A stretch of DNA of 64,000 nt, from positions 36,642,001-36,706,000 of the forward strand of contig NC_135759.1 in assembly GCF_052425735.1 (NCBI RefSeq), in the 5' to 3' direction. Made by a program: the position numbers and the translations under genes. Source of the stretch: Oculina patagonica (Eukaryota). Below, in pieces: positions 60,287 to 64,000 of this stretch. Numbering within the stretch: position 1 is the stretch's first letter; each line of letters begins with the position of its first letter. The notes under the pieces were generated by a model. That model was not told the DNA's origin. It did no database searches and was given only the letters and a program-made list of their open reading frames with translations.

Positions 60287-61645
60287 CTATTTTAAGCTGT
60301 GGTGGTTCGGAATCTGTGCGAGAATGGCACTAGTCGAGGAGACCAAAACGAGAGAGAAAATTATTAAGAAAACTCGATCAACGACTTTAGATACAAAGAT
60401 CCAAAACTCTCTGTCTAATTGAGTGTCTTCTTCTTTAAGCGATCTCTTTGCAAGATCATTGATTCCATCTGTAATTTTGGTCAAGGTGTTCGTGGATTTA
60501 ATGGCCATCGCTGGCAGCTTGCTTGGCGACAAATTGACAGGCTTGAAAGGTTTAGCTCCTACCAGCTTGATGCAGTTGCTTTCCAACTCCTCCACCTTGC
60601 GATAAGAGTTAAATAAATAAAAATTATAGGTTAGTAGTAATGAATTGCCACTTGCCAAAACGTTTTAATTAATATTTTAAAAACTCTTTTTCCAACCTTC
60701 TGATGGGCAATAAATTGATTACATGATACTTAGCAAAAAAAACAGGATGTAGTTTTTTTGCTCACTCCATAGATTAATAACGCCGTAACCGTTTTGAAAT
60801 TATTGCCGACAACTAACCAATATATTGGTTAGTTGCTCGGCAAGTAATCAATGCCGTAATACAGTCGTAATCAATGCCCGTTAGCAACTTTATGGGAGGC
60901 GCAGCCTGATTGCTTGGCTTTTCGTGAAACTACACGCAAAGTTTCGGAATTCCTGCCGGCGCAGCATCAATGCAACACATGATCTTACACGTGATCAAGT
61001 TTTGAACAGAGTTCATTCACGTATAAACAAAAGTTTCCATTACATCGTACTGTCATAATGTCTAATGTTGGGAAACTAAGTATAGTTTGAAGTGAGGACG
61101 AATTATTCAAGAAATTGATACCTTACAAAGTGTTAATACGTTGCAAGAAGATTGGCCTTATTTACATGGGGTTTTTTGCAAAAAAGATACACCCACTTAC
61201 CTTAACATCTATTCGTCTTGTTGACCTAACATTGGCTCTAGGGTACCCAGTGTCAATGCACAGCATCCTTGCGAGGTAATGAAGGAAAAACACTCGAACC
61301 CATTGCGGCATCTCCGTCTTCTTGTAACAATTCAAGGAGATACAGTTAGCAACCAGGGAGGCACCTATCTGAAACATGGAGGCCAGCAGGATTTTTACAA
61401 TAATAGGTGTGGCATCTGATGTCACTGGAATGCTGTCGGCGACATTTAGGATGACGACAGACATGGCCAGGAAAGATTCTATGACTAGAGTCACGCGCTC
61501 ACCGTATTCCGGTGGAAACGCGAAGGTCAGAACAGAGAAAGAAGTAACGACCAGGCAAGGAATGATGATATTGAAGAGGAAAAAGCCAGGAATGCGACGC
61601 ATTCGGATGTAGAAGGTGATGTCAGGATAGGGCTCAGGGCAGCAG
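60287..61645 (-). CDS. Nicotinic acetylcholine receptor alpha-like subunit (Cys-loop LGIC), last two exons; 5' exons not identified in this window
   Basis: Exons 61645-61201 and 60595-60287 with GT-AG boundaries. Loop C vicinal CC in CCPEPYPDITF, M1 NIIIPC, GER-M2, VTSDATP, M3, MPQWVR, and W..V..VVDR-M4. Confidence 0.93.
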
Positions 61646-62576
61646 CTAAGATTAGAAAGAAAACAGGAGAGGACTTTAGGACAGACGAAAGTGAAGAACA
61701 ATGTTGCACCTAATCCTAAATCACACTATAACTTATTAACGTTGTGCTTCATGAATAGATATTGACTTTTTCCATAAAATTAGGAATGTAAAGAGCCTCC
61801 ACTTCAGTTAGAAACTCAGGGAAACACAGATCCCAGCTTTAATAATCGCCGCAACATCAGGCTTAACCTCAACCAATAACCGTCGTGCCAGCTCATTCTA
61901 GAGTTTCAAGGTTAATTGCCTCAACAATTAACTAAGAGTTCTTCTGTTTTGACCTTGACATGCAAAATGGACTTGAAATTAGCTTAGTTGCATGATATCA
62001 ATTGAATTTTATCAGCAGAAAATTCGTAACTTTTAAATAGGTTTAAAAACATTTCAGGGTACTTCAATTCAATTTCTTTCGCCGCAAAACGAAGCTCGCA
62101 TATTTTTCTTGAATCTAAGTGCTCTGTTGCTTCTAATAGAAATGGCAGGGGGTCATTACTCGGAAATAGTATTCCCGTAGACAAGAGTCCATCATAAATA
62201 AAATACCCCAGTTTGACATTAATTTAAACTTAACGAGCTAAATAAATTCTAATTGCTTAGTCTTCCAAAGTGCGTCGCATGAAAGCTGTAACTAATTTCT
62301 AAAGAATGCCACAAAGGATCTAAAACTGAGTTTAAATAGTGTCAGTTCGTATCAGAAAAAGACCTTCCAGGAAGTAACAGTGACCACCTCCGTCAAGTGT
62401 TATCTGTTAGTCAACGTACCTTCAAGTTGCTTGTAGATGTGGAAAGTCGTGTCTCTGGAAAGCTGTGTCGGTGTTTGTACCGTGAAGGAACCTGTGGGTA
62501 GTATTTGTTTTTCGTGCTCAAGTGCCTCAGTATATGGCGTGCACCTTCCTTGTTCACCGCTTTCTGTGGTAGGTCC

Positions 62577-62970
62577 GGTTCTTTATGTAGTTGTCGCGTA
62601 CTTCACCGCGGTCAAACGCGGGGAGTTTCGTTTATTATGAAGTGTTAGTACGAGCAGGGATAGATAAAATAGCACCTGAGTGTAAACAAAATCCCATTTC
62701 CTCAGGTAAACGAGCCAAAGCCGCATTCGAGCCAAAGTTCTTTGACAAAATGGCGCCGACAAGTCCGCATATTGCTATTTACAAACACATAGAACTTTTT
62801 TAGTAAAGCTCCAAAAAACTTAGTAAATCGTCAGAATACCGGTAATGTATTGAACTTTGAACTGTGAAAATTAAAACCTTATCTTTGAAGTGCTTTTCTT
62901 GTTTTTTTGCATATTTCTGACGTTTGACCGCGGTCGAGTCGCGTACTCAGTTCATAGTTCAAGGGCAATC
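62577..62970. repeat. Interspersed repeat with subterminal inverted repeat
   Basis: ACCGCGGTCAAACG (62605) and CGTTTGACCGCGGT (62921), each next to a direct GTCGCGTACT motif. Confidence 0.55.
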
Positions 62971-64000
62971 CTTGGATCAAGTTTGTTTTTTAAAAGAGTC
63001 ACGTGTACCACGTATTTACTGTTTGTTGTTGTAGTCGACTCACAGGTAGGCGTCAAGATTTTTTTGAGCGCTAAGACTTGAATTAATAAATATAGTCCGA
63101 TAAAAGAAGAAAGTGCGCAACGTTAAGGAAAAGAGGTGAAATCAGGTATACTAGGAAGTCAAGCGTGATCTATTTTAAAGAAATGATAAAAAGCTGTAAG
63201 TTTTAAGTGAGACTTAAAAAAGTGGGAGTTAAACTGTTTCATGATGAAACATCTTTCCCGACACTTCTACATCCCACCATCATTTTTGCTTTTTTTTTTG
63301 CTTTCCGGCTTACTAAACTATTTCAGCTATCTCTCCCACAACAGACTGTTGTTTTGTTTTTGCAAACTTCGTCTTTTGCAGATTGTATTTAAGTTGAATA
63401 TTCAAGAAACATTTTTATATCAACGACTACGAACGAAAGGCAATTGCTTTTCACCTAAATTATTAAGTAAGCTTCTATTACTTCTATTACTTACAAGGAG
63501 TAGATTTGCGAGCATTCCATTACAACACAAGTCCATTTAACCAATACGATACTCTTAAACCACTTAAATTTATAATGTTAATCGCTGAGAGTCAGCAAAA
63601 CAAACCTTTTCTTTGACACTCCCTTTAAGAGTGCACTTAAATCTACATGTACGTTAACTTCGTTTTCCTTATAGACTAGTAACATCTAAACGTTCCTAAA
63701 ATATGGGAAATCGATAGCCACGTTTATTTCAAGAAAAAAAGGTAAGTGGTTAGATTTATGTAACTCTTGTATGTTAAACTATTTCATTTCTTATTTTTTG
63801 GTTAAGTTCTTCGTTACATTCATTCAGTGCTTTGTCCTTTGGTGACGGATTGCGTGTTCGTAACGTCTTGTATGCCATTATGTGAACAAGTGTATTTACG
63901 TTTAGCAAGGTGTAGGCTGACAAAAATGAAAAATCAAGGAAACTCAACAAACTATAAAGGAAGGAGAAAACAAACAAAGATAGAAAAAAACCTATTCACG

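Noticed and set aside
62420-62490. Candidate upstream nAChR exon
   Set aside because: Its translation shows no ligand-binding-domain motifs.

Overview
This is AT-rich eukaryotic genomic DNA with spliceosomal introns. The repeat families and gene content suggest a cnidarian, most likely a stony coral (inference, not a database result). Intact genes: two tandem intronless class A peptide-receptor-like GPCR paralogues (12936-14153 and 19932-20945, +), a third more divergent GPCR (42570-43697, -), a 7-exon secreted CAP/SCP (GAPR-1-like) gene (48250-57433, -), and the last two exons of a nicotinic acetylcholine receptor alpha-like subunit (60287-61645, -). The rest is a dense mix of MITEs (Tc1/pogo-, Harbinger-, Kolobok- and hAT-like ends), tRNA-derived SINEs, an RTE-clade LINE relic, minisatellites and a decayed multi-exon F-box/LRR-like region (about 27-34 kb). 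Best leads: (1) two related hairpin-ended elements joined end-to-end across a 12-6-12 bp tyrosine-recombinase-like site; (2) a 164-bp satellite in which every unit carries a 52-nt intron-like module; (3) a Penelope-type palindrome containing a minimal hammerhead ribozyme; (4) a nAChR pore with Glu at M2 6'; (5) a CAP protein lacking a tetrad His. All coordinates and alignments were read by eye.
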